NCBI GenBank assembly: GCA_951406725.2
Contig: OX597827.1
Coordinates: 56,420,001-56,484,000 of the forward strand
DNA from: Octopus vulgaris
Taxonomy: Eukaryota
Length of the DNA: 64,000 bases
Direction of reading: 5' to 3'
The notes beneath the pieces are model-generated. The model was given only the letters and a program-made list of their open reading frames with translations, was not told the DNA's origin and did not search any database. Shown here piece after piece: positions 50,208 through 63,381 of the stretch. The position numbers and the translations under genes were made by a program. Position 1 is the stretch's first letter. Every line of letters begins with the position of its first letter.

Positions 50208-51329
50208 ACCAAACATTGATCAAACCTGCAGGTAAATACTAAAACTATAAGAAATTATTTCCCCAGATATGTACTTTCAAACATATCGGACCCTAATTAG
50301 TTGCCATCATAACTATGGTATTATTTTGTGGAGTCCTCTTTCTAGTAAAAATTTAAATTTACAGAGACAAACCATGAAATTAGTTTTAACTCTTTTACTG
50401 TGGAAATCAGTCATAAATACCAATCTATCTTTTGTTGAAGAACGTCAAGTTTGTAATTATTTTTGGTTGAGATGTGTGTTTATTGAGTCTGGCAGAAAAT
50501 AGCAATTCTATTATTTGGTAGATATTAAACATCATTACCAGAATATGTAAGAAATTTAGAATGGTTGTATACTGTTAATTTAACGTGATAGTAGGGGATT
50601 ACACCACCGTTGTTTAGCCCTAGGAAGCATCGACGCTTCCTGCCGGCTTCGACACATTTTTTTCCTGTGTCCTTATATATTTATGAAGGGGAGACAAACA
50701 CCCCCCCAGCAGCCAGGCCTATTTAATTTCACAATTAAAGTGTTAAGTTGGGCAAACAAGTAGACATCCACACTTATACCAATCAGATTCTATGTTAATT
50801 TTAGTCTTAGTGTTCTTCCTAAATTTCTGTTAGACATGCAATGCAAGCTTTCACAAGACCTGTACACAGTTGCAATTCTTTGAAAAAAATTATTCAAAAA
50901 TAAACTTGCTTACAAAAAAAAAAAAAGAAAAATATAGTAACCATCACTATAACTCAATAAGCATTGCATTTCACTTTCAAAAACAAACTACCTGTTCCTA
51001 TTTGACTGATAAATTATGTAACCTGTTATGTCTAGCTGCATTAATTACTTATGCATTTGCAAATAGATTATAGCTCTAGTCTCATTTTACACTACTTTTG
51101 GAATATCTTTTTTCTGTTTTTAATTTTGCTGTTAATTTAGTTATAAGAACCACAAAAGGCTAGTGACGATTTTGGTTTGTCAGACATTCATTAATGCTTT
51201 ATTTTCTCTTGTTTTATTCGCCATCACTTAACATCCATTTTCATGCTGGCATGGGTTGGGTGGTTTGACAAGCTCAAGCAAGATACAGGGCTGCTCCAAG
51301 TTCATACATTGTAATTTGCTGTTGATGCT

Positions 51330-51687
51330 TTGTTTGTTTGTTTGTTTGTTGAGTGAAGTGGTCTTTCGTCCCAGAGTGGGAGAAGTCCGAAATGTGGTCC
51401 TTTGCTATTCGTAAGACCCGCAGAAGAGAAAGCAGGTCAACTCCCGACACCGAGAGCATCGATGGATGGGTGAATGGGCATCCAGGCTCAGCGGTTGCGT
51501 AGGAAGTCGGGGACAAGAAACAGGAAGAAAGAGTGAGAGAAAGTTGAAGCGAAAGAGTACAACAGGGGTTGTCACCACCCCCTGCCGGAGCCTCGTGAAG
51601 CTTTAGGTGTTTTTGCTCAATAAACACACACATCTGGGAATCAAAACTGCGAGTCTGCTGCCCTAACCACTGGGCCATTGTGCCTTC
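51330..51687 (-). mobile_element. SINE with family C head/body but a different 3' tail ending in (AAAC)n
   Basis: 51515-51687 matches 38673-38870; 51350-51515 is unrelated to the family C tail. Confidence 0.8.
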
Positions 51688-52093
51688 TGCTGTTGATGCA
51701 CACACTGTCTGTCACTATTTTCCCTTCTTCACTTCATTTATTGGCTATTTACACTTTTTTTAGTTCTGGCTTCATCCACTTCATAATCTGATCTTTTAAT
51801 CCTCTCAAGCCATCAACCCATCATTTTATTCATTGTTTGTTAATTTCTAACCAAAGTAACAACACTGACTCTTCTTCACTCTCAGATAAAGAGCAACAGC
51901 CTGAAGCATTAAATTTTACATCCCACATAACAAGTGAACTTATATTCTGTAGAATAATCATTGTGAAGCCTCCAGTTTCCTTGGGTTCCATATTTAACTG
52001 TAATTAGTGATAGCATTAAGTAAATAAAAGGAGCAGAAGTTAAACTGCTTTCTCTTTAGGCAGCAATGAGGTTTACCATGCATAAAACAGACT

Positions 52094-52708
52094 GAATAAA
52101 GGATATAAGATTAACAGAATTGGTTGTTCTTTGTTGTGTATTTCTTTCTTAGTTAACTGTATCAAGAAACTGCATTTTACCTTTCTCCAATTCATTCCTC
52201 ATATCCATGTCCAACAATCAAAAACTTAAGTGCCAATTTTGTCTATTTTCTTTTGCTTAACTATACATTTTAGTATGCAAATGGCTGAGCATTCCACAGA
52301 CACGTGTACCCTTAACGTAGTTCTCGGGGATAATCAGCGTGACACAGAGAGTGACAAGGCTGACCCTTTGAAATACAAGTACAACTCATTTTTGCCAGCT
52401 TAGTGGACTGGAGCAACGTGAAATAAAGTGTCTTGCTCAAGGACACAACGCGTCGCCGGGAATCGAACTCACAACCTTACGATCATGAGCCGAATGCCCT
52501 AACCACTAAGCCACGCGCCCTCACGAATAAAGGATATAAAATCAACAGAATTGGTTGTTCTTTGCTGTGTATTTCTTTCTTAGTTAACTGTATCAAGAAA
52601 CTGCATCTTACCTTTTTCCAATCCATTCCTCATATCCATGTCCAACAATCAAAAACTTAAGTGCCAATTTTGTCTATTTTCTTCTGCTTAACTATACACT
52701 TTAGTATG
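52094..52708. repeat. 184-bp direct repeat (52094-52277 and 52525-52708) flanking a 3'-truncated minus-strand SINE D
   Basis: Ungapped hand alignment with 8 mismatches. Confidence 0.95.
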
Positions 52709-53827
52709 TCAGAAACTGACAATTGACAAGTCCCTTAACCCCTTGGGGAGCTGCATCCATGCATCGTATCTAAAGTGAGAAAGCCTGGCAGAGCCCATTC
52801 CTCTCCAGGCTAAACCCATTTCTACAGCTGAGTGGACTGGAGCAACGTGAAATGAAGTGTTTTGCTCAAGAACACAATGGATTGCCCAGTCCAGGGATCA
52901 AAATCACAATCTTATGGTCATGAATCCAACACCCTAATCCCTAAGCAACACACATCCATGTGTCAGAAACCACTAAAGCTGAAGTACCTAATTTTTTTTC
53001 TTTGACTGCAAACTCTAAACTAATTTTGATGAAATTTTGCTGATTTAACAAGGTATTTGGATATTAACCTTTTAGCATTTAAAATGGCCATATCCAGCCA
53101 AAATATTCTTGTTTTATCTTTTAATCAGCAAGATCTGACTTCTCATACACACCCCTAAAATGACATTCCAAAAATAAACAATTACGTCATTGAAATCTCT
53201 AAGCTATGAGATAATGAATGATCAATAAAAAAAGAATTACATTTGACAGAGTAATCTGAATGCCAAAGTGTAAAATATGCTGAATTATATAACATATGGT
53301 GAGCAAAACCCAATGAAAAATAAAACAATCATATGTTCAAACACATAGTTACACAGGGTTTTGCTTTCTTCCATATATTAGTGACTATAATATAGTATTG
53401 TAAAATACATGTGATGGCACATGGGAAAAAACCATCGGATGTCGTTTAATAGACAAATGAAAAAAATGGGGTCAAAATCACTACCGGATGATTTTACATA
53501 TTAGCTGTGGAAAATTATGATAACCTGAATACCAGGAGTCTTACCCATTTTATGAATGAGAAAAAGGATGAAGTTGTGAAAAGTTTCTAGTTCTCACGTG
53601 CATTTCAACTTCAAACGTTTTCTCAAAAGGGCCTGATTTCTGGGTCACATCTGCTTATCCAAGGAAAATGGCATGTCTCAGTCAAAGTGTATGAAATCTG
53701 TGAGATAGGTTCTTTCTGAATAAAACTTAAAACACTTTTTCAAATTTTTCACCTTGTTAATGTTTTTCCCATGTACCAAACACTGATAACAATTTAGAAA
53801 AAATTTCTTTGTAATTAGTTATTAACT

Positions 53828-53989
53828 AGGTGCATGAGTGGCTGTGTGGTAAGTAGCTTGCTTACCAACTACATAGTTCCAGGTCCAGTCCCACTGCGTG
53901 GCACCTTGGGCAAGTGTCTTCTACAATAGCCTCGGGACGACCAAAGGGACATAAACACACCAGCATCAGTTGTCAAGCGATGTTGGGGA

Positions 53990-54024
<35 letters not shown>

Positions 54025-54218
54025 CACGACGGGCTTCTTTCAGTTTCCAACTACCAAATCTGCTCATAAGGCTTTGGTCGGCCTGAGGCTATAGTAGAAG
54101 ACACTTGCCCAAGGTGCCATGCAGTGGGACTGAACCCGGAACCATGTGGTTGGTTAGCAAGCTACTTACCACACAGCCACTCCTACACCTAACTTACACA
54201 CAGCCACTCCTGCGCCTA
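53828..54218. mobile_element. Two fused, oppositely oriented SINE A fragments (foldback)
   Basis: The + strand head at 53828-53946 is complementary to the - strand head at ~54072-54191. Confidence 0.85.
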
Positions 54219-54557
54219 TTCAACTATATTTGAATATCATGTAGTTTCTTAATTTGTGTTTCATTGTTTTCTACAGTTGGCTCGTTTTCTCCGCTCCAAT
54301 AAATGAGACTTGTTAAACAACTTATGGAGACACTTCCTTACCTCATTCATTTTATTATTGCTGTTCATACATTGAAATCAACTGCTCAATGACATTTCCA
54401 TTTATGCTGTGCTATCATGTAATTTTATATCAGTACATTAATCTATTGATATAGAAGTCATTAGAATTAATAAGAGGGTCATATTAAACCCTTTAAGATG
54501 ATGCGCTTGCATGGCTGCAATCCAATAACTAAAACAAGATAAAAGTAAAAGATATAT

Positions 54558-54966
54558 AGGCATAGGAGTGGCTGTGTGGTAAGTAACTTGCTTACGAACT
54601 ACATGGTTCCGGGTTCAGTCCCACTGCGTGGCACCTTGGGCAAGTGTCTTCTACTATAGCTTCCAGCCGACCAAAGCCTTGTGAGTGGACTTGGTAGATG
54701 GAAACTGAAAGAAGCCCATCGTATATATGTGTATATATATGTACATGTGAGTATATATTTGTGTGTCTGTGTTTGTCCCTCCAACATTGCTTGACAACCG
54801 ATGCTGGTGTGTTTATGTTCCCATAACTTAGCGGTTCGGCAAGAGACCAATAGAAAAAGTACTAGGCTTACAAAGAATAAGTCCTGGGGGTCGATTTGCT
54901 CAACCAAAGGAGGTGCTCCAGCATGGTCACAGTCAAATGACTGAAACAGGTAAAAGAGTAAAGAGT
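54558..54966 (+). mobile_element. SINE A
   Basis: Family A consensus. Confidence 0.92.
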
Positions 54967-55269
54967 ATATACTGGATTATAAGGACTGTCATTGGTAACA
55001 ACTGGGAGCAGAGAATGAATTGAATGAAGAGTACTTCTCAACAAGATTCTAAAAGAGTCAATGACCTTTAAGTCAAGAATACTGACATATTTATAGTCTG
55101 ATTGGTCCCTTCCTGTTGGTTTAAGGGAATAGATTTAATTTACACAAGAAGACCTCCCCATCACAACAGAATTGATGTCCTAAAAATCAAAGTGTCACAT
55201 AAAAAAGCATTGGTGTTGGTGCTGGAGCCATGTAAAAAGCACTGGTGATGGTTTTGTAAGAGTAGCAAT

Positions 55270-55632
55270 GGAAGCACTCCGTCAGTTACGACGACAAGGG
55301 TTCCGGTTGATCCGAATCAACGGAACAGCCAGCTCATGAAATTAACGTGTAAGTGGCCGAGCACTCCACAGACACGTGTACCCTAAACGTAGTTCTCAAG
55401 GATATTCAGCGTGACACAGAGTGACAAGGCCGGCCCTTTGAAATACAGATACAACAGAAGCAGGAAGTAAGAGTGAAAGTTGTGGTGAAAGAGTACAGCA
55501 GGGATCACCACCATCCCCTGCCAGAGCCACGTGGAGCTTTAGGTGTTTTTGCTCAAACACTCACAATGCCCGGTCTGGGAATCGAAACCGCGAGTCCGCT
55601 GCCCTAACCACTGGGCCATTGCGCCTCCATGG
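55270..55632 (-). mobile_element. SINE C with 10-bp TSD
   Basis: Reverse complement of 38673-39063; TSD GAGTAGCAAT. Confidence 0.9.
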
Positions 55633-57594
55633 GAGTAGCAATATTTACAATGTGGTTATAAACAATAGCATCATTTCAGGCCAATGCTGTCTTGTAATGT
55701 TGGTTTTGATCTCAAGTAGTCTTAGCTTTAATACCTATCAACATCATTCCAAAAATAAAAGCATTATTGAAGATTTTGTATACTGTTCAAACAGCACAGC
55801 CTTGAAATTGCAATTTTTAATCAAGAGTTTCACAGGTTTGAAAAAAACTGATCCAGAGACTTGATTGTTTGAGTGTCACAGGTCAATGTCTCAGAAAAGC
55901 CATATTTACAGGTTTAACCCTTCAGTGTTTAAACCGGCCATATCTGGCCCAGATATTCTACATGTCTTATATTCAAACTGGCGATATCTAGCCTCTCACA
56001 CCTAACCTGCATTGACATTCTAAAAATAAACAATCGCATCATAGAATTGTCAAAGCTATAAGATAATGCATGATTAATTCAAAACAATTTGAGTGAAAAA
56101 GTATTACATTTAACAGAGTAATCTGAACACCAAAGGGTTAAATTATACATACACATTCTTTTCACACCTATCAGTCTCATACTTGTTACCAGTGTTAAAT
56201 TTGAATACTTCATGAGATATAGTTTGTGAGGAAGTAAAATTTAATTGTGGAAGCATATAGCTTAATGGTTAGGCTGTCAGACTCAGGATTGCAATTTTGA
56301 TTCCTGGACCAGGTGATGCATAGTGTTTTTCAGCAAAACACTTAACCCCTGAACATTTAATGCAGCTGGAATATTCTACAGGTTTTGTGTTAAAACCTGA
56401 CCAGATCCAACCTCTCACACCTACCAGACAATGTTGTTCTAAAACTATACAAACATACCATTGAAATCTCAAAGTTACAAGATAACACGAGATTAAATTC
56501 AAAACAATGTGGATAAATAAGCAATACATTTGACAATGCAATCTGAATGGCAAATGGTTAATTCCACACTGCTCCAGCCCACTCAGCTGGCAAAAATGAG
56601 TATTCCTTTAACTGGTGTCTCATCCAAGGGAGAATATATACACCACAGAAACCAGCCTTGTGAGTCTATTGAGATATGAAACTACTAAGTAACTTTTCAA
56701 ATGCACATAGCCAGAGTTTGAATTTAGACAATGCAGATGCCAATTGAGAATTTTGCCAAGTCTTTCAAGACAAAAATTTTGTTTATCTCTGATTCAATGA
56801 ATAATCTGCCATAAAAAGTAAAAGACACAATCACAGCTGAAATATTGAACTCTCTCTGGGTCAGTCTAAGAAACTGTAAACATGAGCACCAGCATGACAT
56901 GGATGCCTTTTTACATGGCACTGGCACCTGTGGAGAAATTCAATTACTGAACTGATAAATTGCAGTTGTCTTCAAGAAATATGAAATTTTAGTTTACTTA
57001 TTGTCATTAGATTAAAGCCATGCTGGGGCATTGCCTTGAATTTCTTTGTCAAATGAATGAACCATAGTGCTTATTTTTCGTTAAGCCTTTCTGTCTCTTT
57101 TGCTGAACACTAAGTTACAGGGGACTTAAACACTAACACTAGCTGTCAAGTGGTAGAGAGGGCAGACAGACACACATGACAGTCTTCTTTTAGTTTCCAT
57201 CAATCAAATTCACTCACAAGGCTTTGGTTGGCCTAAGGCTATAGTAGAAGACACTTTCCCAAGGTGTCACGTAGTGGGACTGAGCCCGGAACCATATGGT
57301 AGGGAAGCTAGCTTCTTACATTACATGCCTGCACCTATTTCATTTACCTGTATCACAATGAATAAAAAGCAGTGTTTACAGGTGTCAGCAGAAGAGTTTA
57401 TAGTGGAGTAAAATACAGAGGAGTTGATAGATTAGGACTGAAGGATGAATAATGAAAATGACAGGTGGTAGAAAAAGAGATTGCTTTATTTCATCTTGAA
57501 CAAAAGGGAAATATTGATAGGGAGATGAAATACAAAACAATTTTTAAAAATTGTTTAGGAGGGAAAATAGGTTTGTTCACAACCAAATACAAAA

Positions 57595-57755
57595 TCAGCA
57601 AATACGACTGCTCATGTCAGACTTCTTTACTCCCAGCCAGTTCTTGAATGTCAACACTCGCATTTTAGCCCAAAGCCTCTCATTGGACAGTGCCAAAATC
57701 TGGGCAGCATGAATCGCTGCTGCTTCAGGGAAAATTACAGTAGAGCAACCAAGTC
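57595..57755 (-). CDS. PAICS: PAICS terminal coding exon (G-LGCSTVIFPEAAAIHAAQILALSNERLWAKMR...IC*)
   Basis: Acceptor TTTGCAG, TGA stop; resembles LGCSTVLSPEGSAQFAAQI. Candidate AATAAA at 57485-57490 (-). Confidence 0.93.
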
Positions 57756-58728
57756 CTGCAAATTAAAAAGAAAAAAAAGCAAATGATTTGTAAGGAGTGT
57801 GTTATGTCAGATAAACTGTTATTGAGAGAATTTTTTTCACATATTTTATATAACCCTAAACTAAATTATAGTGATGTCTAAATATGAAATGAGGTGCAGA
57901 CATGGATGTATGATTAACAAGTACATTTAGCAATGACAAGCTTTTAGGTTCAAATCCACAGCACCGTACATTGGACAACCATCATCAACTATGGTCTTGG
58001 CTGGCCATTGCTTTCTTGGTGAAATTTGGGAGACAGAAACTATATGGAAGCACATTTCATACACAAATGTATAGAGTGTGATTTCTTTAACATTATAAAA
58101 CTATATGAAGGCAGAGTTTCCAATGGTCAGATGCTGTTCTTGATGCCAACCTTCACCCCTAAGCAAGAAGGTAATCCTTCAGTCTATCAAACAATGAACA
58201 GTCCAGACATATTTTTGGATAACTACAATAACATAGCACTGACTGTATGAATGATGAAGCTTTAAGTGCTCTCTCACACACACACACAGGTATGTTCCAG
58301 TTCCCCCCCAATCAATTTCACCCACAAGGCATTGGTCAACTTGCAGCTATAGTAGAGGACATTAGCCAACATATTCCACGTGGGCCAAATTTCTATGTGG
58401 CTTCAAACCAATGCCAAAGTCATGCTTGTACACGCACACAATGTACGTGTATGTGTGCATATATGTGTGTGTATGTATGTATGTGTGCATGTTGTGAAAA
58501 TGGAAATTTGAGATTACAACAAGCCAGTGATATATGTAGTGTGTGCATGCATTTAAGTTGATATTCTAAGGTTTCATTTATCACTGTTAGTAAAGTGGTG
58601 ATACATTTAATTTTTGAAGATCCATGGATCCATTTTTCTCTAAAAATGAAGTAGATAGTTTCAAAAATTATAATTGATTTACGTTGTTCAAGAAGTGTAG
58701 AAATAAACAGCAGGATAGACAAAATTAC

Positions 58729-58887
58729 CTGATGGTAATCTCAAAGATGACCAAAGATCCTCTTGTTCCCAGTTTGAAGAGAGGGGAGGGCAATTGATAA
58801 CTGGCAAGTTAGTATTACCAGCCAACACAGGACCGAGCCCATTACTTCGACCAGCAACTGCTATTATCACAGTGGGAATACCTTGGC
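58729..58887 (-). CDS. PAICS: PAICS exon ([25 protein letters not shown]...WSSLRLPS), AIR carboxylase domain
   Basis: Conserved [12 protein letters not shown] and WSSLRLPSG; TTTTTAG/GTAATT splice sites. Confidence 0.96.
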
Positions 58888-58961
58888 CTAAAAATTCAAA
58901 GAAAAAAAATGATAACATATGCTTTAAATAGGCAGAATTCTTTTTGTTTTAGATTACAGAG

Positions 58962-59266
58962 CAGAGGTTCTCAACCATTTTTTATCTATGAACCCCCTCA
59001 ATTACTATTTTATTCTGGTGGACCCCCTTAGCCACTTGATGCTTAAAAACTGGTTTTATAGAAACTTGAGAATTTCTATTTTGTTTTCCGCATTAACTTG
59101 TCTAGGCTGAACTATGTAAAATTAGAGAAAGAAGCCTAGTTGTTTCTTGCAACACACATCTATAGCAAAAGTTTTTAGGGCTCTTAAAATACCATTGCAG
59201 ATAACTTACTATTTTCTTGAGTGGACCCCCCACCCATCTTATATGGGCCACAGTAGAGAACTACTG
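58962..59266. mobile_element. hAT/Charlie-type MITE
   Basis: TIRs CAGAGGTTCTC...GAGAACTACTG; imperfect 8-bp TSD TTACAGAG/TAATAGAG. Confidence 0.7.
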
Positions 59267-59429
59267 TAATAGAGTAAGAATTATTAAAATACATACAAAA
59301 TAAGGAAAGACAGTAAAAAAGAAGACTGACAGCAGGAGCTGAATGAGGGAAAGATAACTAAAAAAATTAAAATGCTGACAAAAAAAAAAGGGGGGGGTGG
59401 TGGAAAGGAGGATAAGAAGAGGCACTAAC

Positions 59430-59607
59430 CTTCATATTCAGCAAGGAGTTTGAGAGTACTTTCAGTACATTTGTGAGCAGATGTTACACGCATTGAACAA
59501 GGAAGATGCAGTTTCTCTAAGTAGGTTTGAATTTTTTGACAGAAAGCCATATCTGAAGCTGAACCCATGAATACCACAACCTGACACACCTTCTTTGGCA
59601 TTATTTC
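59430..59607 (-). CDS. PAICS: PAICS exon (EIMPKKVCQVVVFMGSASD...RVTSAHK...AEYE)
   Basis: PurE motifs MGSxSD and VTSAHK; CAG/GTTAGT splice sites. Confidence 0.96.
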
Positions 59608-59740
59608 CTGGTAATCAAAGATAAAATATATAAAGCTTGAGAAAAATTTAGTTAGAAAATATAGGGTAGTATCCACCACTTTTACAAAGGAAGAGCAACC
59701 ATCATCTTCCTACATTGGCAATATGGATGATATTCAGCTT

Positions 59741-59839
59741 GAAATTTTTTGGGCAAAAGGCCATATCTGAACCAGTGAACCCATGTGGAGCATACCACAA
59801 CCTGACACACCTTCTTGTGGGATCAAAAATTATTTCCTG
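59741..59839 (-). pseudogene. Indel-riddled partial duplicate of the preceding PAICS exon
   Basis: Shares GCCATATCTGAA, GAACCCATG, ATACCACAACCTGACACACCTTCTT and TTATTTCCTG with 59529-59610. Confidence 0.8.
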
Positions 59840-60906
59840 TTTTCTTAAGTGAGACATGGAATTATAAATACTTTTAGCCTGGCCAAGCATACTGTATGAA
59901 GACTGACTGCTACAGGAGAAAGTAGGTTGGGAAACATAGTGCAAACCAAGAGGAGAATTACACTTGTAAGGAAACAGGTTTGGACAAAGTGTTTACTGTG
60001 GGACCCTAGAAACAAGATGCAATGAAGATATTGACTAAAGCAGCAGTGACTTGTGTAATGAATCTCTTCACATCAAGAGGACTCCTGCAATATCAGCAAG
60101 CATCATTCACAACCGGTGGGGCCCAGAAAAATTGTGGTGGGATGTGGGATCAACCAATCAGCTTTTACCACTATGTTATCAACATGGATACATTTTATTT
60201 ACTGGGTTACTTTTTTTTCTTAAAGGCCTGATACTACACCAACCAGATCCCTTGAAAGCATACTGTATGAAGACTGGGACTGCTACAGGAAAGTAGGTTG
60301 AGAAACATAGGTGCAAACACAAGAGGTTACCAATCCAGCGACTTGTAAGCAAAAAGAACGTACATGCTGATTGGCTAAATAACAACAGAGATGTTTACTG
60401 TGGTCCCTAGAAACAAGATGCAATGAAGATATTGACTAAAGCAGCAGAAAATTTTTAATGGAGTGGCGTGTGGTAATGAAGCTTGCTAACCACATCATGA
60501 GTGATTCAGTCCCACTGCTGCAATATCTTGGGCAAGTGTCATTCTGCTAAGCCCCATGGACTTAATGCCTATGTTGAGTTAATTCTGGTCGGAAACCAAT
60601 CAGAAGCACTACGTTATCAACATGGATACATTTTATGTACTGTGTGTGTGTTTGTGTGTCCTTAAAGGCCTGATCTAGAGATTTGTTGAAACTATCTTGT
60701 ATATAAACTGGGATGCAGGAAGGAGAAACAGGCCCTGCAAACCACATAGCAGGTTACCACTCCAGTGTAAGCTAAATAACAACAGAGATGGTTGCTTTTT
60801 GGTCCATACCAAGTGACAAAGAACTATGGTAAAACATGCCAGCTAGGAAAAACAAGAAAAATTTTAAATGATATATATATATATATAAACTATAAAGGAC
60901 TCTTAC

Positions 60907-61076
60907 TTTGACTTTTTCAGCTACCCACTGAAAATTTCTTTTCACAGTTTCCATGCCGTCTTTTGTGACTTCAGCCATGTCACGATAGACTTGTTTGTCA
61001 ACCATCAAGCGCTTGTCTCCAGAAGGCCAAAGGCGCCAGGAGTCACTGTCAATAATGTCAGCCAGTACAATATCAC
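60907..61076 (-). CDS. PAICS: PAICS exon ([31 protein letters not shown]...AEKVK)
   Basis: SAICAR synthetase motifs LAD.ID.DSWRLW and DKQ.YR; TTTCAG/GTAAGA splice sites. Confidence 0.97.
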
Positions 61077-62281
61077 CTGAAACAGAATCAGAAAACCAGT
61101 TTTATGTTTATGTTGATTAAAAGTGAGATAGTAACCACGGACATTTCAGACACCCATTAACTGGAGGGGAGAGAGAGAAACAATTAGGAAAGGTGTTTAG
61201 TGTAAAGTTTGGGGGTTTTACAATCAGTCAAGTGGCCTGTGAGTCTCACAATACTTTGTAGAGAATTAGCAGTTGATCACAGTACATTAACTGTAACAAT
61301 GAGGTTTGAATTTATGACTAAATGATCAATAGTTAAGTAGACTGTTGATCATTTGTCATAAATGTTCACGGCCATAATGCTTGCAATATCACATTCAAAT
61401 CTATTTGAGAACCCGGAGAAGATGAAAAGGAATTTCTCCAGTGTATTCTTCCTTGAATTATTACATAATAAAATGAATTGTGGAAAACAATGCCTCTCTC
61501 AAAAGAATTTAGCAATACATATCAGACCCATATCCTAATGATTCTCACGTGCAAACAAAGTTACAAATTTTTGAGGAAGAATGCAGTTGAATAAATCAAC
61601 TTAGTTTTTACGTTCACATTACTGCTTATTTATTCGTATTATTTTGAATTTATCATGTATTATCTTGCAGCTTCACAAATTTAATACTGAGATTGTTTAT
61701 TTTTAGTACAGTAAGTGTGAAAGGCTAGATCTGGCTAGCCTGAACATAAAATAGAATATTTGGGCTGGATATGACTAGTTTATATGCCAAAATGTTATGT
61801 AGCAGAATGAAGTACATTAATGTTTCAACCATTATAATTAAAAACAGGCATCATTTTTACATAATAAATAATGTAAAATATATGAAGAATGCAAGAAACA
61901 ACAAGACCATTTTTGATTTTCTAATTGTCCCAATTCTGAAGGACATTTGGTTGCTACTTCTAGTAGGCTGAGCAACCATAGAGGTTCTCGCATTGTGGAT
62001 GATAGAAGAGGGGTGAAGCAAGTCAGTAGATTACAGGTAAGATGCAGTATCAACTATCAGGAAATTTGAAATTAATATGAAGGGAGATAACTAATTGTTC
62101 ACTCAATCCATACAATGAAGCACTGTTTGTACCACTCCAGTACAATAGTAATAGAAAACTTCACCCTCCACAGCCTCAAATCCAAACAACCGGGTTTCTA
62201 TCTAAATTCTATCTCAACCAATGGTTTCTATGATAAAATAAAAAAGATTCCATATGGTTAATCAAACCAATTTATTCTTAC

Positions 62282-62489
62282 CAGTTCCAGCAGACACTCC
62301 AAATTCTATCTTCATATCAATAAGTGCACAGTTAACACCAGTCCAAGCCTTTTCCAAAATTTCAAAAATAAGAACAGTCATCTTCTCCATGATGTCAACA
62401 TCATCAGGACCAATAACTTTGTCGCCACACTGAATTTTGGCAGAAATTATCTGTTCCCGGCTCCACTGAGGGTCATGATTGGCATCATC
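62282..62489 (-). CDS. PAICS: PAICS exon ([13 protein letters not shown]...FEILEKAW...LIDMKIEFG)
   Basis: SAICAR synthetase signature L.DMKIEFG; CTGCAG/GTAAGA splice sites. Confidence 0.97.
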
Positions 62490-63381
62490 CTGCAGAGAAA
62501 CAAAGAATAAAATGATTCCCCCTGTACAGATAGAAATTCTTAAAGAACTTTTTAAAACTTATAAAAATAGGGATTTCTTGTTTAGATTATAAAGTGGAAA
62601 AAAATAAATGGAAGGAAAAAAGTTTGCAGACTGTGTTTGCTGCAAAAAGATATCAGGTCAAGACCTCGTATAAGTGTTCATTTTGCAAAGTGCCCTTGTG
62701 TAAAGGATGCTTTGGACAGTTTCACATTAGAAATATGGCACAACTATATTTTGTTGCTTGATAGTAATACTATCATATATTCCTTTCATTTTATTACAAA
62801 TATGTAAAAGTGAGGAATACATTAACTTTCAATATGTTACACACCTGTACTTATCTGTTAATGAGATTTTATTTTATTAGATGCATTGTTATGTAAATGT
62901 TTTCATTAAATTGTATAAGAGTACATAGCTAATGGTATATTTGCTAGTAAAAGAGTTTTGAACCTTATTTTCAATGAAAATGTTCAAATGAAATATAGAG
63001 GAAGAATAAAATCTTGTACTAATTATAACTGTATTTCAATTAATTCAAATTCATGTACCAGGGAGTATGGTAGGGATCTGTTAACCTTTTCATTACAAAT
63101 CTGGCTGAAACTGGCTCTGAATACAAATGTCTTGTTTTCATAAGTTTTGAATTAAAATCTTCCACCAAATCTTAGTCACAATTTATGTTCCTAACATTAG
63201 CTGAATAACTAATTTATCTTACTAAATTCTTTGTTATATTTAAAGTAATTGAAAGAAACACAGAGCATCTCAATATAAATACAGTAATGAAAGGGTGAAT
63301 ATTGAACCAGTAACAAGCAGGCCATGACATCATATATCTTTTATAGGACTTGAATAAAATGAAAGCAAAACAAATATTAAC

